Source of the DNA: Candidatus Bathyarchaeia archaeon
GTDB lineage: Archaea; Thermoproteota; Bathyarchaeia; Bathyarchaeales; Bathycorpusculaceae
Assembly: GCA_050010515.1 (NCBI GenBank)
Contig: JBEKKX010000001.1
Coordinates: 32,001-96,000, forward strand
Direction of reading: 5' to 3'
Length of the DNA: 64,000 nucleotides
Positions 47,439 through 56,352 of this stretch are shown in pieces (within the stretch, counting starts at the first letter, position 1; each line of letters opens with the position of its first letter). Below the pieces are notes generated by a model. That model was not told where the DNA came from. It worked only from the letters and a program-made list of their open reading frames with translations, and did not search any database. Made by a program: the position numbers and the translations under genes.

Positions 47439-48089
47439 TCAGTGGCGATTGCCTATCTTGAATTGCTCTAGAACTCTTCGACAAGCAGTGTTGCCTTCTG
47501 TTTTGAACAGTTTGTCTAAGTCTTCGACAGAATCTATGTCCGTAGCCACGCCTGTTGAATGATGAAGCTTCAAGCAGACTCCTCTTCTGTGTGCCTCTTT
47601 GACGTGCTTTGCGAAGCTTCTTGGTCCAAAACACGCCTGAATCAAGTTCGGTGGACTCTGAAAAAGAGCGTTCGTGCCACCATCGTAAGAGCGAGACAAT
47701 ACTACGGTTTGCTCTTCGCAGTTTCCTAACTCAACTATCTTGTCCACATCCATGGAAGACAGCAACGGGATGTCGGCTGGCAGTATGAGCACGGCTTCTG
47801 CCCCATTCTGCATGCACCATTCAGTCGCCTCTTCGACCGCGGGGTTCAGACCACTGGTTTTCTGGACAAGGTGTGTAGCACGATATTTGTTTGTAAAATT
47901 CCTCAGTGAAAAATCGTTGCTAACGACGACAATTTCGTTAACAGTCGAGGTCTGCAGTGCATTTAAAACGTCTTCCAGCATAGCCAGCGTCAATTGTCTA
48001 CGTTCCTGCGGACTTAGAACTGAAGAAAGACGCTTCTTTGAGGTGCCTAAGCCCTTGACGATTACAACCGCGTAAACAAACATGTCCAA
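47439..48089 (-). CDS. cofC: Phosphoenolpyruvate/2-phospholactate guanylyltransferase (F420 biosynthesis)
   Basis: KKRLS, MLEDV, GLN, PADIP, GGTNAL, SFAKH, DID..EDL. Confidence 0.9.
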   Translation of the reverse strand: MDMFVYAVVIVKGLGTSKKRLSSVLSPQERRQLTLAMLEDVLNALQTSTVNEIVVVSNDFSLRNFTNKYRATHLVQKTSGLNPAVEEATEWCMQNGAEAVLILPADIPLLSSMDVDKIVELGNCEEQTVVLSRSYDGGTNALFQSPPNLIQACFGPRSFAKHVKEAHRRGVCLKLHHSTGVATDIDSVEDLDKLFKTEGNTACRRVLEQFKIGNRH

Positions 48090-48305
48090 GCCGCCAGATA
48101 CGTTGCATCGTGGACAACGAAGCTGGTATTATTGAATTGTTTGTTGTAGCCTAAAAATTTTTAGATGTACGCCTTAAAGGCTCAAAGTCAACATGTATGT
48201 TAACGCAAAATAATTTGTCTTCATTTTATATAGAGCAAACCAGCTTGGTATGCAAAAGATTTTTTAATCCAAACCTAGTTAGGCTTTAGCCGAGATGACA
48301 TCTCT

Positions 48306-49031
48306 GTGAAAATACTAAATGAGTTTGTTCCCACACGCAAATTTTTAAAGCTTGCAGATGAAATTAAAGATCTAGTTGATGGATGGAACGTTACTGATAG
48401 TGCTGCTGGTTTTCCAGCTCCAAGCGGTACAGTTGTAAGTTGCGTCCTCAAATCTAAATATCCTGAGAAAATAATTGTACCAATATTTATACTGCACTAT
48501 AAAGGACCGGTCGAAGTAGGAGGTTTAGCATTAGCTGCAGACGTTATAGGTCTCGACGGTTTGGCAGTTACCATGGGCGACAAACCCAAGTACGGAGAGC
48601 CCATAAAAATGTTGGCGTCCTCTGAGGAAGCCCGAGACTTCATACGTAACACGGTGAAAACTAAGAACCTAAAGCTAGGCTGTTTACTGACAGCACGGCG
48701 ATCTGTGGAGGAAACCCTTGCCCGTGTGAGAGAGCCATGGGACTTTATCTATTTCATGAGGCTAGAAGACAAATCCTTCCCAATCCTAGAGCAAGTAGCA
48801 GCAGAATGCAAGAAACTAAACAAGCCAATCTACGCATACTTCCTAGTTGGAACAGCCAAAAACGTAGAAACAGTTAAAATGATTGGGTGGCCAACCGCCG
48901 CAACCATGGATACAGTTGAAGAAAAAGCAGCAAAGCTCAATGGCCTCGTAGACGGCATAATTGCAACCTGTGCTGGAGACGCCGAAGGCGACAAAGAGAT
49001 GCTACGAAAGCTCCAAAAGTTCAGGAGCTAA
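48306..49031 (+). CDS. Divergent MetF/methylenetetrahydrofolate reductase-like TIM-barrel protein
   Basis: EFVP, VDGWNVTDSAAG, LAVTMGDKPKYG resemble MTHFR FAD-binding motifs. Confidence 0.55.
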   Translation: MKILNEFVPTRKFLKLADEIKDLVDGWNVTDSAAGFPAPSGTVVSCVLKSKYPEKIIVPIFILHYKGPVEVGGLALAADVIGLDGLAVTMGDKPKYGEPIKMLASSEEARDFIRNTVKTKNLKLGCLLTARRSVEETLARVREPWDFIYFMRLEDKSFPILEQVAAECKKLNKPIYAYFLVGTAKNVETVKMIGWPTAATMDTVEEKAAKLNGLVDGIIATCAGDAEGDKEMLRKLQKFRS

Positions 49032-49409
49032 GACAGCTAATCAATGCAAAAATGCATCCTTAACTGTCTTTTCATCTTGTTTCTTTCTAATTCTTTTTTC
49101 GTTTTTTCATGATGCTTAAGCTTTTTTCGTTTAAGGTGATGGCAGCCTCATTTTCTTTTAGGCAGAACGAAAGATTATTAGTTGATCAGAAATGGTTCCA
49201 ACTTCTCAGCGGGAACTAACTCAACTAATTTAGGATAATCCATTCTTGGTTCACTCCTAAACGAACAGATATTACTTGATTGCTTGAAAAAGCATGTCGT
49301 AATGTATTTTCAAAAAGCTGGCTTGTACGCCGCTTTTGGCTTTAAATGCAGATAAGCTTTAAAGTGAATGTGCATATGTAGCCACCTATTATTCATTGAG
49401 GACATAAGC

Positions 49410-50168
49410 ATGGAACCGGTAAAAGTAATTGCAGTTGAAGGTTTACCGTTAATACAGAAAGGGAACAATATAGCTGAACTAATAGTTAATGCTGCAAAAA
49501 AGCAGAAAACACCCATACAAGATAAGGACGTAATCGTTGTCACTCACGTAGCCGTTTCAAAAGCGGAAGGAAACATAATCAACCTTGACGAAATCACACC
49601 TTCAAAGAAGGCAAAGGAAATAGCGCAACAAACAAACAAAGACCCTGCCCTAGTTGAGGTTATTCTCAGAGAAACCAAAGAAATAGTTCGAATAGGCCAA
49701 AACAGCATCATAACAGAAACCAAAAGTGGAGTAATTTGTGCTAATGCCGGAGTAGACAGGTCTAACGTTTCGGGCGACAGAAACGTTGTGCCACTGCCAA
49801 AAAACCCAAACGCTTCTGCACAAAACATAAGACAAGAAATAAAACAGTTAACAGGCGCCAACGTTGCAGTAATCGTCTCTGATACGCATGGAAGACCCTT
49901 CCGCATGGGTGAAATAAACGTGGCAGTTGGCGTAGCAGGAATCAAGCCTATTAGAGACAGACGAGGCGAAAAAGACCTCTTTGGATATGTTCTTCGAATA
50001 AAACAAACCGCGATCGCCGACGAATTATCCTCAGCAGCGGAACTTATGATTGGTCAATCGAATGAAGGAATACCAGCTGCCATTATCCGAGGGTACAATT
50101 ACCAAACAACTGAAGATGTATCAGCTACCGAACTCACTAGACCAAAAGAAAAAGACCTCTTCAGATAA
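49410..50168 (+). CDS. cofE: Coenzyme F420-0:L-glutamate ligase
   Basis: VSKAEG, CANAGVDRSN, SDTHGRPFR, DLFG, EGIP, DLFR. Confidence 0.95.
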   Translation: MEPVKVIAVEGLPLIQKGNNIAELIVNAAKKQKTPIQDKDVIVVTHVAVSKAEGNIINLDEITPSKKAKEIAQQTNKDPALVEVILRETKEIVRIGQNSIITETKSGVICANAGVDRSNVSGDRNVVPLPKNPNASAQNIRQEIKQLTGANVAVIVSDTHGRPFRMGEINVAVGVAGIKPIRDRRGEKDLFGYVLRIKQTAIADELSSAAELMIGQSNEGIPAAIIRGYNYQTTEDVSATELTRPKEKDLFR

Positions 50169-50222
50169 GTCATTCAATAAGGTTCAATAATCTAACCTCT
50201 TGTAAAATACGAGATACATGAG

Positions 50223-50561
50223 TTGAAAATGATGAAAGCTAAAACGCCTAAGGAATTCTTTGAAAAAATGTTACCAGTCAGATTTAAGCCTGATAAATCA
50301 GTAGGCATTGATGTTGTAGCTCAATTAAACTTAACTGGTGCAAAAGGAGGCGACTGGGTCGTCATCATAAGAGACCAAAAATTGCAGGTTAGAGAAGGAA
50401 CTATTCCTTCGCCCACGTTGACGTTGAAGATGGTAGAAAACGATTTCATGGATATTGTAAACGATAAATTAAGTACAGAAAAAGCTTTTTTCACGGGCAA
50501 AATTAATTTTGAAGGAAACCTGAGTTTGGCGTTAAAATTAAAGGATGCAGGCTTTCTTTAA
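50223..50561 (+). CDS. SCP2 sterol/lipid-binding domain protein
   Basis: AFFTGKINFEGNLSLALKL. Confidence 0.85.
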   Translation: MKMMKAKTPKEFFEKMLPVRFKPDKSVGIDVVAQLNLTGAKGGDWVVIIRDQKLQVREGTIPSPTLTLKMVENDFMDIVNDKLSTEKAFFTGKINFEGNLSLALKLKDAGFL

Positions 50562-50563
50562 GA

Positions 50564-51109
50564 TTATTTCAACCCAAGCTTACTCACAACTTCTAAAGGC
50601 AAATCATCCTCACCGATTTTAAAGGTGTGTGGCTCTTCAATCTTCAAGATTACCCGTAGATCTTCGGGATCTAATTCTCGGATAAGATGAGTTAATTCTT
50701 TTTTAGCTATCTCAAAATGGTCCTTGAAAGCAGCTTTGTTGCTGTAAAATACTCCTGCGAAAGCGCAGATTTCAGGTTTTTTTAGGAACCATTCAACTTT
50801 TTTGGTGGAAAAGTTAATGTCAAATGTTACTGGTCCAGCCCTGCATGTTTCAGGCTTGACGGGGTGTACCGAGCATTTTCCTGTGTCTTTATCGAAAAGC
50901 CTGCAGAAAACAAGTTCGTCAACTGCGGGATAAGAATAGTGTTCTTTAGCGAATGGTTTTTCAATGTTAATCTTTTGCTTTTCTATGTATTCTTTTATTA
51001 TTTTTTTTCGTTTTTCGCTTAGTGGTGGTTTGGCGTCTTGGCAGCAGCTAATTTTGCATTGGCTACAAACATCAAACGAATAAGTTGCTCCATTCTTGTC
51101 TTCAGGCAT
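50564..51109 (-). CDS. YkgJ-family cysteine-cluster protein
   Basis: CSQC..SCC, C.LF, CSVHPVKPETCRAGP. Confidence 0.85.
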   Translation of the reverse strand: MPEDKNGATYSFDVCSQCKISCCQDAKPPLSEKRKKIIKEYIEKQKINIEKPFAKEHYSYPAVDELVFCRLFDKDTGKCSVHPVKPETCRAGPVTFDINFSTKKVEWFLKKPEICAFAGVFYSNKAAFKDHFEIAKKELTHLIRELDPEDLRVILKIEEPHTFKIGEDDLPLEVVSKLGLK

Positions 51110-51126
51110 TAAGGTGACACCATTTT

Positions 51127-52296
51127 TTAAAAGTATGGTTCATTATCAGAGAGGCACTTAATAAGTGTTGAATAAACGTTTATGACCGCTTGATGGAAAT
51201 CGGTTTTTTCCGCGCGCCTCAAGACTCTGGTCCGTATGAGTTCAGACAGGCTGCCATTTTCTAGCCGTTTCTTAATAATCCACAGGTACCTTTTCTCGTC
51301 TTCATCTGCATATTCATGAGCTAAGTTAAAGTAGCGTTGGCATACCTGCCTTGCTGTTTTACCGTTAGGGTTTGAGACTTGAGCGTTTAACCCGTTCTTA
51401 ACTACTGCGTGGAAGTCTTTGACTAGCAGGTCATGCGGTAAAAGCTCAGCCTTTAAGGCAATTAGTCCTCTGAGGGTGGCGCGTATGAAACAGCTCAAAG
51501 CCACATCGGATTTAACGCATTCCTGCTCATCCATCACACGGATTTCAAGGGCTGAGCGGTCAAACCTGAAAATTACGCCTCTTGAATTAACCCATTCCCT
51601 TGACAGCAGAGTTTTGCCTGCGCCAGCTTTAGATAAATCCTCGGAATACCGCCCAATAACACCATGCTTATACTGGTTAAACGAGTCAGCATATTCAGGG
51701 ATAACCTCACCCGCTACGGATGGGATTTCTCTCTGGTTTATCTTGTAGAATTGCAGTCGGTTGTCGACATTGGGACCGGTTTTGCCTTCATAGATTGGCG
51801 AGGAAGCAGTGATTGCTGGAATATAAGCGCATAAGTTAGCAAGCAAATTATGCGTTTGTATGCCGTCGGTTTCTTTTTGGTATGGGAGGTTTAGGTGGAA
51901 GCTTTGTATGTTTAGCCAGCCATGCTGGTTTAGGTTGAAGATCTTGGCGTATTCCTGATAGATTTTTCTGTGATAGTGGGGCCAGATGGCAGTATCTTCT
52001 AGCTTAAGTAGAGGATGCATTCCTGTTCCAAGAAGCATAGCATCTTGTTTGCTCACGATTTGGTTTAGGGTTGAGACCGCGTTTTGCATTATCTCTTCGA
52101 ATTGGACAGGCGATTTGAAGGGAGAGTTCGCTTTTACTTCCATTACGTGAAGTTGCATCTCTTTTCCAAAGGTGAAGGCGGGCAACTTCACGAAGTTGAT
52201 GATTTTTCCACAGTAATCCTTTATGATTTTGTCAGCGACTGGCAGGACTTTTAGTTCTTGGTTCACCAATGAAAACTCATGTTCTGGCCCGAGCAC
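51127..52296 (-). CDS. Glutamate--cysteine ligase family 2 (GCS2) carboxylate-amine ligase
   Basis: GPEHE, MHP, HGWLNIQSFHLN, ASSP, EIRVMDEQEC. Confidence 0.88.
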   Translation of the reverse strand: MLGPEHEFSLVNQELKVLPVADKIIKDYCGKIINFVKLPAFTFGKEMQLHVMEVKANSPFKSPVQFEEIMQNAVSTLNQIVSKQDAMLLGTGMHPLLKLEDTAIWPHYHRKIYQEYAKIFNLNQHGWLNIQSFHLNLPYQKETDGIQTHNLLANLCAYIPAITASSPIYEGKTGPNVDNRLQFYKINQREIPSVAGEVIPEYADSFNQYKHGVIGRYSEDLSKAGAGKTLLSREWVNSRGVIFRFDRSALEIRVMDEQECVKSDVALSCFIRATLRGLIALKAELLPHDLLVKDFHAVVKNGLNAQVSNPNGKTARQVCQRYFNLAHEYADEDEKRYLWIIKKRLENGSLSELIRTRVLRRAEKTDFHQAVINVYSTLIKCLSDNEPYF

Positions 52297-52420
52297 TTCA
52301 AGCGGTTTATACGTAGGCTATGCCTCTTTTTGTTTAGAGTTAATTTTGGATGCGAATATAATGATAGTTAATCTTAAATATAACTGCACTAATAACGCCT
52401 TTTAATTAACCTGGTGTCTC

Positions 52421-53122
52421 ATGACCGTGTTGGTCGTCTCAAATATCGACCTAACCACTAATTCGCAAGTAATGAAGCCCGCTACGTTTTTAGATTCCAC
52501 AATCAAAGAAGCCACCCTCAACATCAACAACGAATATCGATACCTCAAAACAGGCTATTATGTTTCGATGCACGCTGAAATTCTCGGCAACCGCGTTATT
52601 CCATCATGTGAAAACATTATTGACTCAAGCAGGACCCCGATTCTCCTTCTTAGAGCAGCCAAAGCGGGGGTGCCCACCTTACCCTTCCTCGTCACAGATT
52701 CTGTTAAAAAAATAACCAACGAACTCGGCTTCCCAGTCATCCTCTTTGCAGTAAATCCTTTCATTTACGACGGCTACAAAGTCGCCCACAACAAAAGCGC
52801 GCTCTACCGCGCCATGAAAAGCCTAGGCATGAACTACAAATTCGCCGTCTGTGCCCAACCCATCAAAGGCGAACTCTTCGCCGTCAAAACCTTCTTCGGC
52901 AAAACAACCAACACAGACCTTCAATTACAAGAGATCGCAGAAAAAGTTTACAAAACCTTCAAAATCCCACTTTGCAAACTCCACATACAAAAAACAGTAG
53001 ACAAAGCTTATCTTTGTGGACTGCAACCCGTAAACAGAAAGGAGCTTTCCGAACAAGACTTGCAAATAATTTCCAAAGAGGTCTCGCTCATTTCTGAGCA
53101 AGGTGAACCCTTCGGTGTCTAA
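52421..53122 (+). CDS. RimK-like ATP-grasp N-terminal (RLAN) domain protein
   Basis: YRYLKTGYYVSMHAEILGNRVIPS. Confidence 0.8.
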   Translation: MTVLVVSNIDLTTNSQVMKPATFLDSTIKEATLNINNEYRYLKTGYYVSMHAEILGNRVIPSCENIIDSSRTPILLLRAAKAGVPTLPFLVTDSVKKITNELGFPVILFAVNPFIYDGYKVAHNKSALYRAMKSLGMNYKFAVCAQPIKGELFAVKTFFGKTTNTDLQLQEIAEKVYKTFKIPLCKLHIQKTVDKAYLCGLQPVNRKELSEQDLQIISKEVSLISEQGEPFGV

Positions 53123-53993
53123 AATCGCCTGCTTTGTTGAAAAATATAACTTCACTGATCCAAGAGAGGAAGGCGCACTTCAAAACTTCAAGTTAGCCGC
53201 AGAAAAACAAGGGCAAGAATTCCATTTTTTGTTCCGTGAAGATATTTCAGACGTCGCAAAATATGATGCTGTCTTCATTAGGGCAACAACCGACCCCTTG
53301 AATACGGCGTACGTTGTGTCTAAAACAGCATGGGAACTGGGCTTGAAAGTTATTGATGATCCTGAATCGATAACTATTTGCGGTAACAAAATTCATCAAT
53401 ACGCATTATTTGAGAAGTATAATGTGCCGTATATACCCACCATGTTCCTAAACAAAGATGAACTGCACCACAAAAAAATCAGCGAAATATTTGACGCACT
53501 CGGAAAACCGGTTGTCATAAAAGCGCCTTACACAAGTTTCTCACGTTACGTGGAGAAAGCTGCCTGCGAAACAAGCTTTAGAGACGTTGCTAAACGGTTC
53601 TTCAAGAAATCTGACGTATTAGCGATTCAAAAGTTTACGCCAACAGCTTTCGACTGGAGAGTCGGCGTACTAAACAACGATGTGCTCTACGTGTGTAAGT
53701 ATATGATTCCTAAGGGTAAATGGAAGCATGGCGCCAAACTCCGAGGCAAACCAACCGTGATTTGGGGCAGAACTGTAAGCATCAAGAGACAGGAAATCCC
53801 AGCTAGACTCAGGGAAGTAGCATTAAAGGCGTGCAGTGTCGTAGGAAAAGGGCTCTACGGCGTGGACATCAAAGAAGTAGACGGCGACTACGTTGTGGTA
53901 GAAGTTAACGATAACCCAAGCATTTACGCTGGCTACGAAGACTCAATGGACCACGACATTTACCAAAGAATCATCTCTTACTTATCAGAATAG
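53103..53993 (+). CDS. RimK-family ATP-grasp peptide ligase
   Basis: DAVFIR, VIDDP..I..C.NK, DWRVGV, YGVDIK, EVNDNP. Confidence 0.9.
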   Translation: MNPSVSKIACFVEKYNFTDPREEGALQNFKLAAEKQGQEFHFLFREDISDVAKYDAVFIRATTDPLNTAYVVSKTAWELGLKVIDDPESITICGNKIHQYALFEKYNVPYIPTMFLNKDELHHKKISEIFDALGKPVVIKAPYTSFSRYVEKAACETSFRDVAKRFFKKSDVLAIQKFTPTAFDWRVGVLNNDVLYVCKYMIPKGKWKHGAKLRGKPTVIWGRTVSIKRQEIPARLREVALKACSVVGKGLYGVDIKEVDGDYVVVEVNDNPSIYAGYEDSMDHDIYQRIISYLSE

Positions 53994-54060
53994 CCTCAAT
54001 ACGCTTTCGACACCTATTTATTATAACGCTCATTTATCCAGTGCATAGGAGATTAGCGTC

Positions 54061-55032
54061 ATGCCTAAAGAAGCACATAAAGAACATAAAGAAGCAGTGA
54101 AAGATTACCAATTTACCGAGCAGATGTCTGTAGATGAGCTTGTTAACCAGATGGATAAAGCATGGGGTTTCACCGCGGGCAAACTTGCTGTAGGCGTCAA
54201 CATAATGGAATCCATGATTAACACAAAGGGCTGTGTAAAGTTCCTCTCTTTCACCGGCAACCTGATTGCCACAGGCACACGAGGCGTGGTCAGGGAGCTT
54301 GTTAAACGCAAACTAGTCGATGTCATCATCACTACTTGCGGCACATTGGATCATGACATAGCACGCTGCTGGAGAGACTACTACAAAGGCAGCTTTGTAA
54401 TGAACGATTCAAGACTGCATCAAGAAGGAGTAAACCGCCTGGGAAACGTGCTTGTCCCAAATGACAGCTACGGCATAATCATAGAGCAGAAAATCCAAGC
54501 GCTACTACAAGAGTTATACAAGGAAGGCAAACACGAACTCTCAGCCAGCCAGCTAGTCCGAGAAATCGGTTTACGCTGCTGCAACGACAGCTCAATTCTT
54601 TATTGGGCAGCCAAAAACAACATTCCAATCTTTGTACCAGGCATAACCGACGGTGCAGTAGGCTATCAAACTTGGTTCTTCAGCCAAGATCATGATTTTA
54701 GGCTTAACGTGCTTAAAGACGAAGGCGAACTAAACAACATCATTTTTGACGCTAAGAAAAGCGGCGCCCTAATTGTCGGCGGAGGAATCAGCAAGCACCA
54801 CACAATTTGGTGGAACCAGTTCAAAGACGGCTTAGACTTCGTCGTTTACATAAGCACAGCAGACGAGTGGGATGGAAGCCTCAGCGGCGCAAGACCACGC
54901 GAAGCCGTTTCGTGGGGGAAAATAAACGAAAAAGCCAAACGCATAATGATTGAAGGCGACGCTTCAGTAATCATGCCAATAATGGCTAGTTCGCTTTTTG
55001 ATAGGCTTAGCAAAAAGAAAATAAAAAGTTAG
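54061..55032 (+). CDS. dys: Deoxyhypusine synthase (canonical archaeal type)
   Basis: TGNLIATG, GGGISKHH, DGSLSGA..EAVSWGK. Confidence 0.92.
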   Translation: MPKEAHKEHKEAVKDYQFTEQMSVDELVNQMDKAWGFTAGKLAVGVNIMESMINTKGCVKFLSFTGNLIATGTRGVVRELVKRKLVDVIITTCGTLDHDIARCWRDYYKGSFVMNDSRLHQEGVNRLGNVLVPNDSYGIIIEQKIQALLQELYKEGKHELSASQLVREIGLRCCNDSSILYWAAKNNIPIFVPGITDGAVGYQTWFFSQDHDFRLNVLKDEGELNNIIFDAKKSGALIVGGGISKHHTIWWNQFKDGLDFVVYISTADEWDGSLSGARPREAVSWGKINEKAKRIMIEGDASVIMPIMASSLFDRLSKKKIKS

Positions 55033-55036
55033 GCGT

Positions 55037-56101
55037 TTAAATTACGCCTTTTAGGAGCCAGGACATGTCTGGCCCTTTCCGTTTTTCTGGAACGCGCTCG
55101 CAGAGCGCATGGGCTATGAGGGGCAGCGCGATTGTGGCGTCGCAGTAGCATACTGCGCGTGTTCCTTCTTGGCTGTTGATTTTGCCCCAGCTAATCGCTT
55201 CTTCCAATGTGCAGCCGGATAAGCCTCCCCATTGCTGTGAGTCTGTGGTTATTTGTATGGCGTATTTGTGGGGGTAATAGTATTCTTGTAAGCCTTTGCG
55301 TAAGCCGCCTTTTCTTCCTTTTACGCCTTGGTCCTGAGTCATGGGTGAAACTGATATGGCGATGAGTTGTGTTAGGTCTTTGGGGACGCCGCCGCCGATG
55401 TAGACTACGCCGACATCTTTGGTTTTTGTGCCTATGCTGATGAACTGGTCAAATTCCTTAACGGAATCGATGGTGATGTTGTGCCCTTGGTTTTTAGCCA
55501 TCAGGAAGGTTTCGCCGTAGGCGCTGTCAACCATGGCTGGGCTGAAGATTGGGACGCCGTTTGCCGCTGCAACAGCGGAGATGGCTGGAATCTTTTTCTT
55601 GCCTAGGTATTTGCCGAGCAAGTATAGGAATTCTGCGGATGTGTAATTGTAATCGGTTTTTAGAGTCATGACGAAGTCGGTGACTACTTCTTCCATTTTG
55701 CGGTAATCCGTTTCCTTCCCGAAAACATCGTAGTACCTGTTAACGTCCGCTTTCAGCAGCGCTTCGTCGTCAACCATGTGGCTTCCCTGCCAGTAACCCA
55801 AACCCATAGCATCAACAATGTCTTCTGAAACGTTAGCGCCAGTAGAAACCAGCACGTCGATGAAGCGGTTTTCTATAAGCCAATTAATTATTGTCCATTG
55901 CCCCGCGGTGCTCATGGAACCAGCAAAACCCATGGCTATGGTCAAATCTTTTTCTTTAAGCATGTTTTCCCAAACATCAACGGCTTCACCAAGCTTTCTT
56001 CCCTGATAAGCTGTTTTGCTCATTTCAGCTAAAAGTTGTGAAATGCTTTTTTGTTTGACTTTTATTGGTTCGAGTTTCTTTTTGAAGTATGAATCGCTCA
56101 T
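55037..56101 (-). CDS. Second deoxyhypusine-synthase-family protein (homospermidine-synthase-like type)
   Basis: AGSMSTAG, STGAN, GGGVPKD, GGLSGCTLEEAISWGK, CDATIALP. Confidence 0.85.
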   Translation of the reverse strand: MSDSYFKKKLEPIKVKQKSISQLLAEMSKTAYQGRKLGEAVDVWENMLKEKDLTIAMGFAGSMSTAGQWTIINWLIENRFIDVLVSTGANVSEDIVDAMGLGYWQGSHMVDDEALLKADVNRYYDVFGKETDYRKMEEVVTDFVMTLKTDYNYTSAEFLYLLGKYLGKKKIPAISAVAAANGVPIFSPAMVDSAYGETFLMAKNQGHNITIDSVKEFDQFISIGTKTKDVGVVYIGGGVPKDLTQLIAISVSPMTQDQGVKGRKGGLRKGLQEYYYPHKYAIQITTDSQQWGGLSGCTLEEAISWGKINSQEGTRAVCYCDATIALPLIAHALCERVPEKRKGPDMSWLLKGVI

Positions 56102-56352
56102 TAATCTGCACCTCGTTGTAAAATTAATAGGCTTGTATATGAAATTTGCCATTGCAAAAATCAACCAACCATGCGCATGATAGCCTAATTTGTGGCTAAA
56201 TTTAGTTCACAGCTGAATATTTAGAATACAATGACTAGGCTCTACCTACCTCAATTTAGCTAAAGAAACTCATCAACAAAATTGACTCCCTCTCCCTCTT
56301 TTTGTTAAGTGATTTCACTAGCTAAAAGTAGACCTCTGCCCCTATCGCTCTG

